In this document: positions 17,005 to 25,448 of the stretch, piece by piece
Position numbering within the stretch: position 1 is the stretch's first letter
Layout: each line of letters opens with the position of its first letter
Assembly: GCA_026387835.1 (NCBI GenBank)
Contig: JAPLKZ010000013.1
Coordinates: 1-32,000, forward strand
Length of the DNA: 32,000 nucleotides
Reading direction: 5' to 3'
Source: Candidatus Saganbacteria bacterium
GTDB taxonomy: Bacteria; Margulisbacteria; WOR-1; JAKLHX01
Made by a program: the position numbers and the translations under genes
The notes under the pieces: generated by a model
What the model was told of the DNA's origin: nothing
The model's input: the letters and a program-made list of their open reading frames with translations, nothing else
The model's database searches: none

Positions 17005-18380
17005 AGTCCGGATCAGGGAAAATCAAGGCATCAAATTTGCGGAGCGTAAAAACATTCCGGACTTCTATTTTGACCGCCTGTTTTATGCTTGGAGCGTGCA
17101 ATATATCTTTTGCCGTCGAGCTCGACTTGCAACAATCAATAGATCTTGCATACTCGAAGAACCCGGCAATAATTAACGCCCAGGAAAAGGTCAATATCGC
17201 TTCCGCCAAAATGGGGCAGGCCGGTTCTTATCTTCTTCCGTCACTTAATCTAAGCGCGAGCAAAGGACAGAATTATGTCCAGCCTATGGTCATCCAGCTG
17301 CCTTCGCAGTTCGGAGGCGGGTCTATCACCGCAGGTCCTGACGAAGCCGCGAAAACCAGTTCGTACAGCCTGACAGCCCAGCAGGTCCTGTTCGCAGGCG
17401 GAAGGGTCGTCACAAACATGTCGATCGCAAAATCCCAGTACGATTCTGCAGGTCAGGACCTCAGGAAGGCGCAACAAGATACTTCATACAATGTCACATC
17501 CGCATATTTTGAAGTGCTTAAGGAAAAAAAATATTTAGAGATCATGACAAATTCCGTGGAGAACCTGAAAAGGAACTCAAGGATAACGGAGGTCCTTTAT
17601 AATTCAGGCATAGCGCCCGTCTCAGACCTTATCAGGATGAAATCGGCGGTGGCTAACCAGGAGGTCATGAAGATGCAGGTCCAGATGCTCTATGACCTGT
17701 CAAAGCTTTCTTTCCAGGCCGCCATCGGCGAAAAGTTCGCGGAAGATTTCGACCTGAAGGAAGAAGCTCTTCCGGGTGTACAGGGACCTGTGCCGGCGCT
17801 GGATTCATTGCTGAACAAGGCTTATGTTAGCAGGCCGGATTTCAGGTCGTTCGAGATAGGGATCGATATTTCACGCAATGTGGTGGCTTTTTCCTACGGC
17901 ACCTATTTGCCCAGCATACTATACCAGTATTCCTTCGGCAGATCAGCAAGCGAATATCAGACCAATAAGACATGGAGCAACGATCTGGCTAACTGGAGAT
18001 CGATGTTCGTCACGCAATGGGAGATCTTTAACGGCTTCAATACCCAGAACAAGATAAGGGAAGCATATGCTACGCTCAATTCGATGAAAGCACAGGAACA
18101 ATCGGTCAGGGACAGTGTGACGATAGACGTGACCGCGTCGCTCCTGACCCTGAACAGCACTATAGAGAAGGTAAAAGCAGCAAGGATCGCATCCGATTTG
18201 TCTGACAGGGCTCTGAAATCGGTCGAAGCCGCGTACAAGTCCAATATCACGACCCAGCAGGCATATCTTGACGCTCAGAACGCTTACTCGCTCTCGATGC
18301 TTAACTACTGGGCGGCGAGATATGAACTCGAGGTCTCAAAAGCCAGGCTGAACAAATCTGTCGGGGACAAGGTCATATAA
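17001..18380 (+). CDS. TolC family outer membrane efflux protein
   Basis: Signal-like N terminus. OEP-family pattern LDLQQSIDLAYSKNPAIINAQEKV, RPDFRSFE, and C-terminal YWAARYELEVSKARLNKSVG. Last gene of the RND operon. Confidence 0.88.
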   Translation: MKSGSGKIKASNLRSVKTFRTSILTACFMLGACNISFAVELDLQQSIDLAYSKNPAIINAQEKVNIASAKMGQAGSYLLPSLNLSASKGQNYVQPMVIQLPSQFGGGSITAGPDEAAKTSSYSLTAQQVLFAGGRVVTNMSIAKSQYDSAGQDLRKAQQDTSYNVTSAYFEVLKEKKYLEIMTNSVENLKRNSRITEVLYNSGIAPVSDLIRMKSAVANQEVMKMQVQMLYDLSKLSFQAAIGEKFAEDFDLKEEALPGVQGPVPALDSLLNKAYVSRPDFRSFEIGIDISRNVVAFSYGTYLPSILYQYSFGRSASEYQTNKTWSNDLANWRSMFVTQWEIFNGFNTQNKIREAYATLNSMKAQEQSVRDSVTIDVTASLLTLNSTIEKVKAARIASDLSDRALKSVEAAYKSNITTQQAYLDAQNAYSLSMLNYWAARYELEVSKARLNKSVGDKVI

Positions 18381-18433
18381 TCTCCGCGTCCGGTTGCGAA
18401 AAGAATGTTATACCCAGAAAAACAATATATATA

Positions 18434-18442
18434 ATGTATAAT
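18434..18442 (+). promoter_or_regulatory. Extended -10 box TGTATAAT directly upstream of the symporter gene
   Basis: TATAAT at 18437-18442 has TG at 18434-18435. 8 nt separate it from the ATG at 18451, with no Shine-Dalgarno. Confidence 0.4.
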
Positions 18443-18450
18443 ATTTATAT

Positions 18451-19302
18451 ATGAGGACCATCATTCAGCTTCTTGTCAGCATTTCCATGTACACCTTTAT
18501 CCTGACCAGCCTGTTCGGTGCCGGGCTCGGTCTGACAATAAAAGAGATCATTGAACCGATAAAAAATTTAAGGATCGTTTTTCTGGCGCTTCTTTCCAAT
18601 TTTGCGCTTATCCCTCTGATGGCTTTCGCATTATCAGTTTTCTTAAAGGCTGATCCAGGATTGCATGCCGGGCTGATCATCATCGCATGCTGTGCAGGCG
18701 CTCCATTCCTACCAAAGCTGATAACTCTGGCAAAAGGAGATATTGCTCATGCTGTGGGCTTTATGGTCCTGATGATGATCTCAACAGTCGCTTTCGCTCC
18801 TTTTATATTGCCTCTTGCCATTCCGGGACTTTCCGTGAGCCCTTTTGCAATAGCCGCTCCTTTGATCGTCCTGATGCTGTTTCCTCTCATTTCCGGACTC
18901 CTTGTGACTGCTGGGAGCATCCGTATTGCTAATTTCCTAAAACCTGCGATGATGAGAATTTCGTCCGTCAGCCTTTTATTAGCCGGGGTCTTTATTATTT
19001 TGGTGGATCATAAGATAATAATTTCCGCCTATGGTACGGGCGTGTATAATCTCACATTCCTATTTACGGTCTTTGCTTTGGTTATAGGATTCTTCTTTAT
19101 AGGTTTTGACAGGCCTAAAAGAGTTGTGTTTTCACTGGGATCCGGCGCGCGCAATATAGCGGCAGCCCTGATAATAGCGACTGCCAATTTTAATGAGCCG
19201 AGAGTAACAACGGTGGTCCTGATAGGCAGCCTGGTCCAGTTTATAATGCTGTTCTTGTTCGCATATATCTGCGGCAGGGTAGGAGCATCCAGAACAGTCT
19301 GA
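18451..19302 (+). CDS. Bile acid:sodium symporter (BASS/SBF-like) family membrane transporter
   Basis: Polytopic 283-aa protein. The segment GLIIIACCAGAPFLPKLITLAKGDIAHAVGFMVL resembles the SBF family core. Confidence 0.6.
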   Translation: MRTIIQLLVSISMYTFILTSLFGAGLGLTIKEIIEPIKNLRIVFLALLSNFALIPLMAFALSVFLKADPGLHAGLIIIACCAGAPFLPKLITLAKGDIAHAVGFMVLMMISTVAFAPFILPLAIPGLSVSPFAIAAPLIVLMLFPLISGLLVTAGSIRIANFLKPAMMRISSVSLLLAGVFIILVDHKIIISAYGTGVYNLTFLFTVFALVIGFFFIGFDRPKRVVFSLGSGARNIAAALIIATANFNEPRVTTVVLIGSLVQFIMLFLFAYICGRVGASRTV

Positions 19303-19306
19303 AGGG

Positions 19307-20614
19307 TTATAGCATCTTTTTACCGACAGCTTTATTTATTTTAGCCTTAGCTATCTCAACATTGAACAAAGCATTAAGATGATCTGTCCAGGCCTGCGTC
19401 AAAGACACCTGGGCGTCGAGCACATCAACATTCGTTCCCAGGCCGGAATTGTATAACGAGTTTGAGACTTGATAACTTTCTTCGGCCGAATCCACCGCCT
19501 GCTTCGTAGCAATGACTATATCCAGAGCACTTTTCAGGTTCAAATAAGAGCCGTGGACCTCCATGGCGATATTATTCTTGAACTGATCGACATTGGCCTT
19601 CTGGGCTGCCAGGTTCTCAAATGCTTCCTTAACACGGTTCTCTCTTGCAAAGCTGTCAAAGATGTTCCATGACCCGCTTCCCATCACTTTCCATGAATTG
19701 ACGTTTGACTGGAAAGTAGGGAATTGGGTAAGCTGGTTACCTGAATTCGCCGACAGAACGATGCTCGGCAGGTAATCGGTCTGCGAAAGCCGGACCTGGT
19801 CCTCGCTGATGCCGGTAGCGAGCTGATACATTTTCCAGTCAGGGCGGTTATCATATGCGGCCTTAAGAAGCGTGTCATAATCCTGAAGACCGTCGGCTTT
19901 ACCTGTAAAACCTTCGTCTTTGACATCGACCGGCTGTTTCATGTCATTTCCCAAAACATTATTAAAAGAATCTTTTGAAAGTTCAATATCATACTTGGAC
20001 TGGATCAGCGACACATTGTCGTCAGCTTCCATGACCTTTGACTGCAAAAAGTCCGCTCTCCTGGCCAAACCGGCATTCATCATTGACTGCACTTGTTTAC
20101 GGTGAGCAGTGGCCATATCAAGCGAATCGCTCATCAGCTTTTCCATCTTGATCGATTTTAATACCCCAAAATATGCCTGGGTCACATTGAATGATGTATC
20201 AATGACCGTTTGTTGATATTGCTGTGTTGCCGAATCAGCGCCTTTCTTGGCGATCCCCAGTTCCGGAAAAAGAGCGGTTACAAGGACCGGCTGTGAAAGT
20301 TGCGCCTGTAGTCCTGAACCGGTTGCTGTGGCATCCGTTCCAAAGGTAACATTCTGCGTCACGCCGGCGGTAGTGATCTGTACTGTTTGCGGCGAAGAAT
20401 AAGCCTGGTTCAAATTCCCGTTTACATTAACCGCAGGGAAAAACGCGCTTATAGCCTGGTTCAACTTAGCGCCTGCTGCCGCGGCTTTTTTCTGCGACGC
20501 GATCACCGTAGGGTTGGTCTTTATCGCAAAATTGATGCTTTCGTCAAGGTCCATCGCGTTCGCCTGCGCCATGAACAGGATCAAAATGAACGGGACTAAA
20601 AGATATTTTCTCAT
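19307..20614 (-). CDS. TolC family outer membrane efflux protein
   Basis: Signal peptide MRKYLLVPFILILFMAQANA. OEP pattern LDESINFAIKTNPTVIASQKK, RPDWKMYQ and VEIAKAKINKAVG. AGGAGG lies upstream. Last gene of the ABC efflux operon. Confidence 0.88.
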   Translation of the reverse strand: MRKYLLVPFILILFMAQANAMDLDESINFAIKTNPTVIASQKKAAAAGAKLNQAISAFFPAVNVNGNLNQAYSSPQTVQITTAGVTQNVTFGTDATATGSGLQAQLSQPVLVTALFPELGIAKKGADSATQQYQQTVIDTSFNVTQAYFGVLKSIKMEKLMSDSLDMATAHRKQVQSMMNAGLARRADFLQSKVMEADDNVSLIQSKYDIELSKDSFNNVLGNDMKQPVDVKDEGFTGKADGLQDYDTLLKAAYDNRPDWKMYQLATGISEDQVRLSQTDYLPSIVLSANSGNQLTQFPTFQSNVNSWKVMGSGSWNIFDSFARENRVKEAFENLAAQKANVDQFKNNIAMEVHGSYLNLKSALDIVIATKQAVDSAEESYQVSNSLYNSGLGTNVDVLDAQVSLTQAWTDHLNALFNVEIAKAKINKAVGKKML

Positions 20615-20630
20615 TATGCCCTCCTTTATA

Positions 20631-21764
20631 TTACACTAAACTTTTACGAAATTTTAATACGCTGACCGTCAGGATCGATATGCCGATCAGCAGCAGCGGC
20701 CAGATCTCAGGCCACAGATATGTGATCCCTGTTCCTTTAAGGAAAAGCTCCCTGACGATCGAAAGGAAATATCGCAACGGTACGAAATATGTGACGAACT
20801 GGATGAACAGAGGCATATTTTCGATCGGGAAAACAAAGCCGGATAAAAGAAGCTGGGGCGCGGTCACCAGCAGGTTGAGCATGCCCGCCTGCCTCTCATT
20901 AACGGCGAATGTAGAGATCAAAACTCCGGTCCCGAGCCCGGCCAGAAGATAGACCGCTCCTGTTACGAACAGAAGGAAAACGCTGCCGCGCATCGGCACT
21001 CCGAACCAGAGCGTGGAGATCAAAAAAACTATGGACATATCAAACATTGCAACACCGGCGAACGGGATCAATTTCCCCATGATGAGTTCCATCGGTTTAA
21101 GCGGGGTGACGGAAAGCATCTCTATCGTTCCGCGGGTCTTTTCTTTGACGATCGAGGAAACGGTCAGGATCATGCTTATCAGCATCAACAACTGCGCAAA
21201 GATCCCAGGAACATAGAAATAACGGCTTTCAATATCCCCGTTGTACCAGATCCTGGTACGCATATCGAACAGCGGGCTGGCGTACTTTGCCAGACCGTGC
21301 CGGAACAAACGTTCTTTAAAAATATCGGCCGAGGCCATGCTCCCGACCGCGCCGACATATGACTGTGTGATCATGGCGATCGAAGCATTGCTCCCGTCCA
21401 TATCCACCTGAACATCCGCGGTCTGTTCATGGGCGATCTTTTGCCCGAATTTATGGGGAATGTATATCACCAGTTTTGCCCGGCCGTTGTCAAGGTAGCG
21501 AGAAATTTGTCCCCTGTTCTGCAGGCAGTAATTGAAATCAAAATACTCGGTCGCGTTGAACCGTCTTAAGAACTCGCGGCTTTCATATGTCTTGTCATCG
21601 TCCAGCACAGCTGTTGAAAGATGCTTGATGTCCATTGACGCCACATATCCCAAAAGAAAAAGCTGGACTATCGGCATGACGATAGCTATGAACAGCATCC
21701 TTTTGTCCCGCATCAGCTGCAGGACCTCTTTTTTCATAAAATGGAACAAACGGCTGTCAAACAT
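20631..21764 (-). CDS. ABC-2 type transporter permease (YbhR/YhhJ-like)
   Basis: N-terminal TM helix, a large periplasmic loop, then a C-terminal ABC-2 membrane domain of about 5 TM helices. Confidence 0.85.
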   Translation of the reverse strand: MFDSRLFHFMKKEVLQLMRDKRMLFIAIVMPIVQLFLLGYVASMDIKHLSTAVLDDDKTYESREFLRRFNATEYFDFNYCLQNRGQISRYLDNGRAKLVIYIPHKFGQKIAHEQTADVQVDMDGSNASIAMITQSYVGAVGSMASADIFKERLFRHGLAKYASPLFDMRTRIWYNGDIESRYFYVPGIFAQLLMLISMILTVSSIVKEKTRGTIEMLSVTPLKPMELIMGKLIPFAGVAMFDMSIVFLISTLWFGVPMRGSVFLLFVTGAVYLLAGLGTGVLISTFAVNERQAGMLNLLVTAPQLLLSGFVFPIENMPLFIQFVTYFVPLRYFLSIVRELFLKGTGITYLWPEIWPLLLIGISILTVSVLKFRKSLV

Positions 21765-22813
21765 CAGTCTAACCTCTTTTTAAATTTTGCAATACTGACC
21801 GCGATAAAGAACAGGCTTAAAATGGTCATCCCGACGAAATCCTGCCAGAAACAGGAAAGTCCGACGCCTTTAAGATAGATCGCCCGCAAAATATCAATAA
21901 GATACCGCGCCGGGACAAAGAGCGACAGCGCCTGCAGTGCCACAGGCATGTTCTCGATCGGGAATGTAAAACCGGACAGGAGCATCGCGGGGAGCAGTGT
22001 TGTGACCGCCGCCATCTGCATCGCCGCCTGGCTGGATGTGGCGGTGGTAGAGATAAAAAGGCCAAGGGCCATCGTTCCGACCATAAACATCACATAAGGA
22101 AGAATTTTACCCAGCATCAGTTCATACTTCCTGATGGGGCTGACGATGATGCTTTCTATGGTGCCCTGTTCTTTTTCCGAGATGATCGTCAGTGAAGTCA
22201 AAACAGCCGAGACCTGCATCAGGATGACGGCGATCAGGCCCGGTATATAAAAATCCATGGAACGCAAATCCTCGTTATACCAGATGCGCGGTATCAATTT
22301 GATGGGTGAGGTCACCGGCCTTACAAGGCCGAGTTGATTGACTTTTATCTGGATAAGGTCCTGATTGAACCCGGCAGATATAGTTTGCACATAACCGACA
22401 GCGGACTGGGCCCATGTCGAGTCAGAGCCGTCTATCAAAGCCTGGACAGTCGCTTTTTTGCCTCCCCTGATCGCCTGCCCGAACTTGTGCGGGATGCTGA
22501 GCACTACCTTGGCCTTGCCTTTATCAAGGATGACAGGGATCTCTTTGTCGGAATAAATGAAAGACTGGAGCTTGAAATACTTGTTCTTGACGAAGCGGTC
22601 GATAAAATTGCGGCTTTCGACCGTTTTGTCCTTGTCAAGGACCGCAGTCGGGATATGGTTGACGTCCAGCGTCGCGGCAAAACCATAAAGGACCAGCATG
22701 AAGACCGGCATGATGAGCATGACGGTGAGCGAGATCGGATCGCGGAATATGGTGATGAACTCTTTCTTGATCACCGAATACAGCCGTTTAGGATTGATAG
22801 CGCTTGATTTCAT
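21764..22813 (-). CDS. ABC-2 type transporter permease (YbhS-like)
   Basis: Same architecture as the adjacent paralog, sharing motifs LLSGF.FPIENMP and RYF/L. 1-nt and 4-nt overlaps with its neighbours. Confidence 0.85.
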   Translation of the reverse strand: MKSSAINPKRLYSVIKKEFITIFRDPISLTVMLIMPVFMLVLYGFAATLDVNHIPTAVLDKDKTVESRNFIDRFVKNKYFKLQSFIYSDKEIPVILDKGKAKVVLSIPHKFGQAIRGGKKATVQALIDGSDSTWAQSAVGYVQTISAGFNQDLIQIKVNQLGLVRPVTSPIKLIPRIWYNEDLRSMDFYIPGLIAVILMQVSAVLTSLTIISEKEQGTIESIIVSPIRKYELMLGKILPYVMFMVGTMALGLFISTTATSSQAAMQMAAVTTLLPAMLLSGFTFPIENMPVALQALSLFVPARYLIDILRAIYLKGVGLSCFWQDFVGMTILSLFFIAVSIAKFKKRLD

Positions 22814-23763
22814 TTTTTTCCTTTTGCGAGTTCGGCCTGCTGTTTTTCCACAAGAAAAACGAACACATCTTCAAGTGACGGCAGTATTTTTTCTATTCTT
22901 TTGACCTGCAGGCTCTCTTTTGCCAGTGTATCCCGGATATCTTTTTCATATTTTGCGTCCTCGACAAGCACGTGAAGAAAAACCCCGTAAAGCGACACAT
23001 CTTTACTGAAAGGCTGCACTCTTAATGCTTCCAGCCCTTTCATCACATGATCAACTTCGATCTCAAAGAGCGTGTTGGTCATCAGTTTGGACTTGAGGTT
23101 GGCCGGCGAATCGCAGGCTATCATCTGTCCCGCGCTGATCAGGGAGATTCTGTTGCACATCTCTGCCTCATCCATATAATGAGTGGTGACAAGGATCGTG
23201 ACCCCGCTTGAAGCCAGCTCTCCGATCACTTTCCAGAATTTCTTGCGGGATATCGGATCGACCCCGCCAGTCGGCTCGTCCAAAAATAAGATCTTCGGCT
23301 CGTGTATGATGGAGCAGCCGAGCGCCAGGTGCTGCTTGACCGATAGTGAAAGAGTCCCGGTGATGATATCCCTGCACTCTGTGAGCTCCGCCTGCTGCAG
23401 TATTTTTTCCATCTGCTGCGCCCTGGTAGCTTTGCTGGTCTGGTACATCCCGGCGTAAAAATCAATGTTCTCTCCGATAGTAAGGTCATCATAAAGGGAG
23501 AACTTCTGGCACATGTAGCCAATATGCTGTTTTACTTTTTGAGATTCTTTTCCCAAAAGATATCCTCCGACCTTGCCGATGCCGGAAGTCGGCTCAAGCA
23601 GGCCGCACAGCATCCTGATCGTGGTGGTTTTACCGGCCCCGTTAGGTCCGAGAAAACCGAATATCTCGCCCCGCTTTACCGAAAAGTTTATATTATTCAC
23701 TGCGGTAAAGCTTCCGAATTTCTTTACCAGGCCCTTGACCTCGATAGTTATATCTTCGCTCAT
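22810..23763 (-). CDS. ABC transporter ATP-binding protein with a degenerate signature motif (equivalent to the YbhF second half)
   Basis: Walker A GPNGAGKTT and Walker B ILFLDEPTGGVD. The signature motif is LSLSVKQ instead of LSGGQ. It has a C-terminal extension. Confidence 0.88.
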   Translation of the reverse strand: MSEDITIEVKGLVKKFGSFTAVNNINFSVKRGEIFGFLGPNGAGKTTTIRMLCGLLEPTSGIGKVGGYLLGKESQKVKQHIGYMCQKFSLYDDLTIGENIDFYAGMYQTSKATRAQQMEKILQQAELTECRDIITGTLSLSVKQHLALGCSIIHEPKILFLDEPTGGVDPISRKKFWKVIGELASSGVTILVTTHYMDEAEMCNRISLISAGQMIACDSPANLKSKLMTNTLFEIEVDHVMKGLEALRVQPFSKDVSLYGVFLHVLVEDAKYEKDIRDTLAKESLQVKRIEKILPSLEDVFVFLVEKQQAELAKGKK

Positions 23764-24482
23764 TTTGCCGTTTCAATCGCCTTTATAAAGGCTTCCTCAA
23801 GACTTTTTGTTCCGTATAGATGTTTAATATTGTCCGGCGTATCGCAGTTGAGAAGATGTCCTTCCCGTATCAGCGCGATGCGGGTACATCTCTCGGCTTC
23901 GTCCATATAAGGGGTGGTGACTACGATCGTCACATCTGTCAGCCCGTAAAGGATCCGCCAGAACTCTCTTCGGGATATCGGATCTACCCCGAGCGTCGGC
24001 TCGTCAAGCATGATGATCTCGGGTTTGTGTATAAGGTTGGTGGCAAGGGCGAGTTTTTTTTGCATACCTCCGGAAAGGTTCTTTCCTCTTCTGTCAGCGA
24101 ATTTAGACATGCCCGTGAACTCCAGCAGTTCCTTCTTTTTCGGGCCGATCTCGCTTTTGGAAAGTCCATAGATCTCCGCGAAAAAATTGATGTTCTCATC
24201 AACGGTCAGATCTCCATAAAGAGCAAAACGCTGGGGCATATAGCCGATCCGGTCGCGGATTTCCTCTTCCTGATTTTTGGTGTCAAACCCGAGGACAAAC
24301 GCTTCTCCTGAAGTCGGGGTCATAGCTGTGGAGATAAGACGCATGGTCGTACTTTTTCCGGCACCGTCAGGGCCGACAAGGCCAAAGATCTCACCGGGAC
24401 GGACCTGAAGGTCTAAGCTATTTACCGCCGTGTTATTGCCGAACTTTTTGGTGAGTTTTTTTGTCTCTATTGCGAATTGCAT
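23760..24482 (-). CDS. ABC transporter ATP-binding protein (equivalent to the YbhF first half)
   Basis: Walker A GPDGAGKST, canonical signature LSGGMQKK, and Walker B IIMLDEPTLGVD. Confidence 0.9.
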   Translation of the reverse strand: MQFAIETKKLTKKFGNNTAVNSLDLQVRPGEIFGLVGPDGAGKSTTMRLISTAMTPTSGEAFVLGFDTKNQEEEIRDRIGYMPQRFALYGDLTVDENINFFAEIYGLSKSEIGPKKKELLEFTGMSKFADRRGKNLSGGMQKKLALATNLIHKPEIIMLDEPTLGVDPISRREFWRILYGLTDVTIVVTTPYMDEAERCTRIALIREGHLLNCDTPDNIKHLYGTKSLEEAFIKAIETAK

Positions 24483-25258
24483 AAGAACTCGCCGTCTGCC
24501 GGCATTCCGGGTTTTAAGATATGGTCCGGATTTGGGACGATGACTTTGATCTTATAGACATATGTTGTTCTTTCTTCCTGTGTCTGGATCGGCTTTGGGG
24601 TGAACTCTTCTTTGTCGGATATATAGGAGACCCATCCCATAAAAGGTTTTTTTGGCTGTGAATCGATCGTTACCTTGACCTTATCACCCAATTTCAGCTT
24701 TCCGACAACCTTGTCCCCGACATATAAATACAGTTTGACCTGGTCAAGGTTTGCCATTGTCGCGATAGGCGACCCCGGCACAACAAGTTCTCCCATTTCA
24801 ATCGCCTTTGAAAGTATTGAACCTTTGATAGGAGATGTGATCGTTGTATAGCCCAGCTGATTTTCGGCAAGAGTCAGAGCTGCTGCCATAGCTTCATAGT
24901 TATGCTGGGCCGTGTCAAGCTGGTCAGCGCTGATAGAGCGGGTCGCATACGCTTCTTTGTTGCGCTGCAGCTCTTTCTTGGCCAATTCGCATTTCGCCTT
25001 GGCGCTGTCAAGCTGGGCCTGATAATCCTGTCTTTCAACCTGACACAAAACTTCGTTTGTGACGACATCCGATCCCTCATCGATATTCAACTGGATGATA
25101 CGGCCTGTAACCTTGCTACTGACCACGATCTCGGTCACCTCTATGGTCCCGCTCCCGTAGATCCCCTTGTTTAAAGAACGGAGCGCAAAGAAAGTCCCGT
25201 ATCCGGCTACCATAATAACAACGAACACGATCCCGATGATGATCAAACGCTTATTCAT
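24467..25258 (-). CDS. HlyD family periplasmic adaptor (YbhG-like)
   Basis: N-terminal TM anchor, a lipoyl-like segment, a coiled coil (QAQLDSAKAKCELAKKELQRNKEAY), and ITSPIKGSIL. AGGAGG lies upstream of the ATG. Confidence 0.88.
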   Translation of the reverse strand: MNKRLIIIGIVFVVIMVAGYGTFFALRSLNKGIYGSGTIEVTEIVVSSKVTGRIIQLNIDEGSDVVTNEVLCQVERQDYQAQLDSAKAKCELAKKELQRNKEAYATRSISADQLDTAQHNYEAMAAALTLAENQLGYTTITSPIKGSILSKAIEMGELVVPGSPIATMANLDQVKLYLYVGDKVVGKLKLGDKVKVTIDSQPKKPFMGWVSYISDKEEFTPKPIQTQEERTTYVYKIKVIVPNPDHILKPGMPADGEFLCNSQ

Positions 25259-25300
25259 TTCTTTCCCTCCTTATTGAACTTAATTGCTTAAGATTTTCAT

Positions 25301-25328
25301 ATTATAACAATATATTTTAGGTTTGCAA
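25301..25328 (-). promoter_or_regulatory. Candidate sigma70 promoter of the HlyD-ABC-TolC operon
   Basis: Minus strand reads TTGCAA (25323-25328), a 16-nt spacer ending in TGT, then TATAAT (25301-25306). This is followed by a leader of about 35 nt with AGGAGG. Confidence 0.55.
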
Positions 25329-25391
25329 ACAACTTACGGAAATGAAGGAATATATTATAAGCCAGTGTTTACTAGCTAGGTCAAATAATAA

Positions 25392-25410
25392 TACAAAAAT
25401 GTAGAATGCC
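25392..25410 (+). promoter_or_regulatory. Candidate activator/regulator binding site ACAAAAATGTAGAATGCC (contains TACA-N4-TGTA)
   Basis: 15 of 18 positions match the reverse complement of 27042-27059, and the first 12 nt equal 29112-29123. It abuts the -35 of the activator gene promoter. Confidence 0.5.
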
Positions 25411-25413
25411 GGG

Positions 25414-25442
25414 TTGATTATACCAAAATTGTATCGTATAAT
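25414..25442 (+). promoter_or_regulatory. Candidate sigma70 promoter of the sigma54-activator gene
   Basis: TTGATT (25414-25419), a 17-nt spacer, then TATAAT (25437-25442). The ATG at 25449 follows after 6 nt with no Shine-Dalgarno. Confidence 0.55.
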
Positions 25443-25448
25443 AATTAT

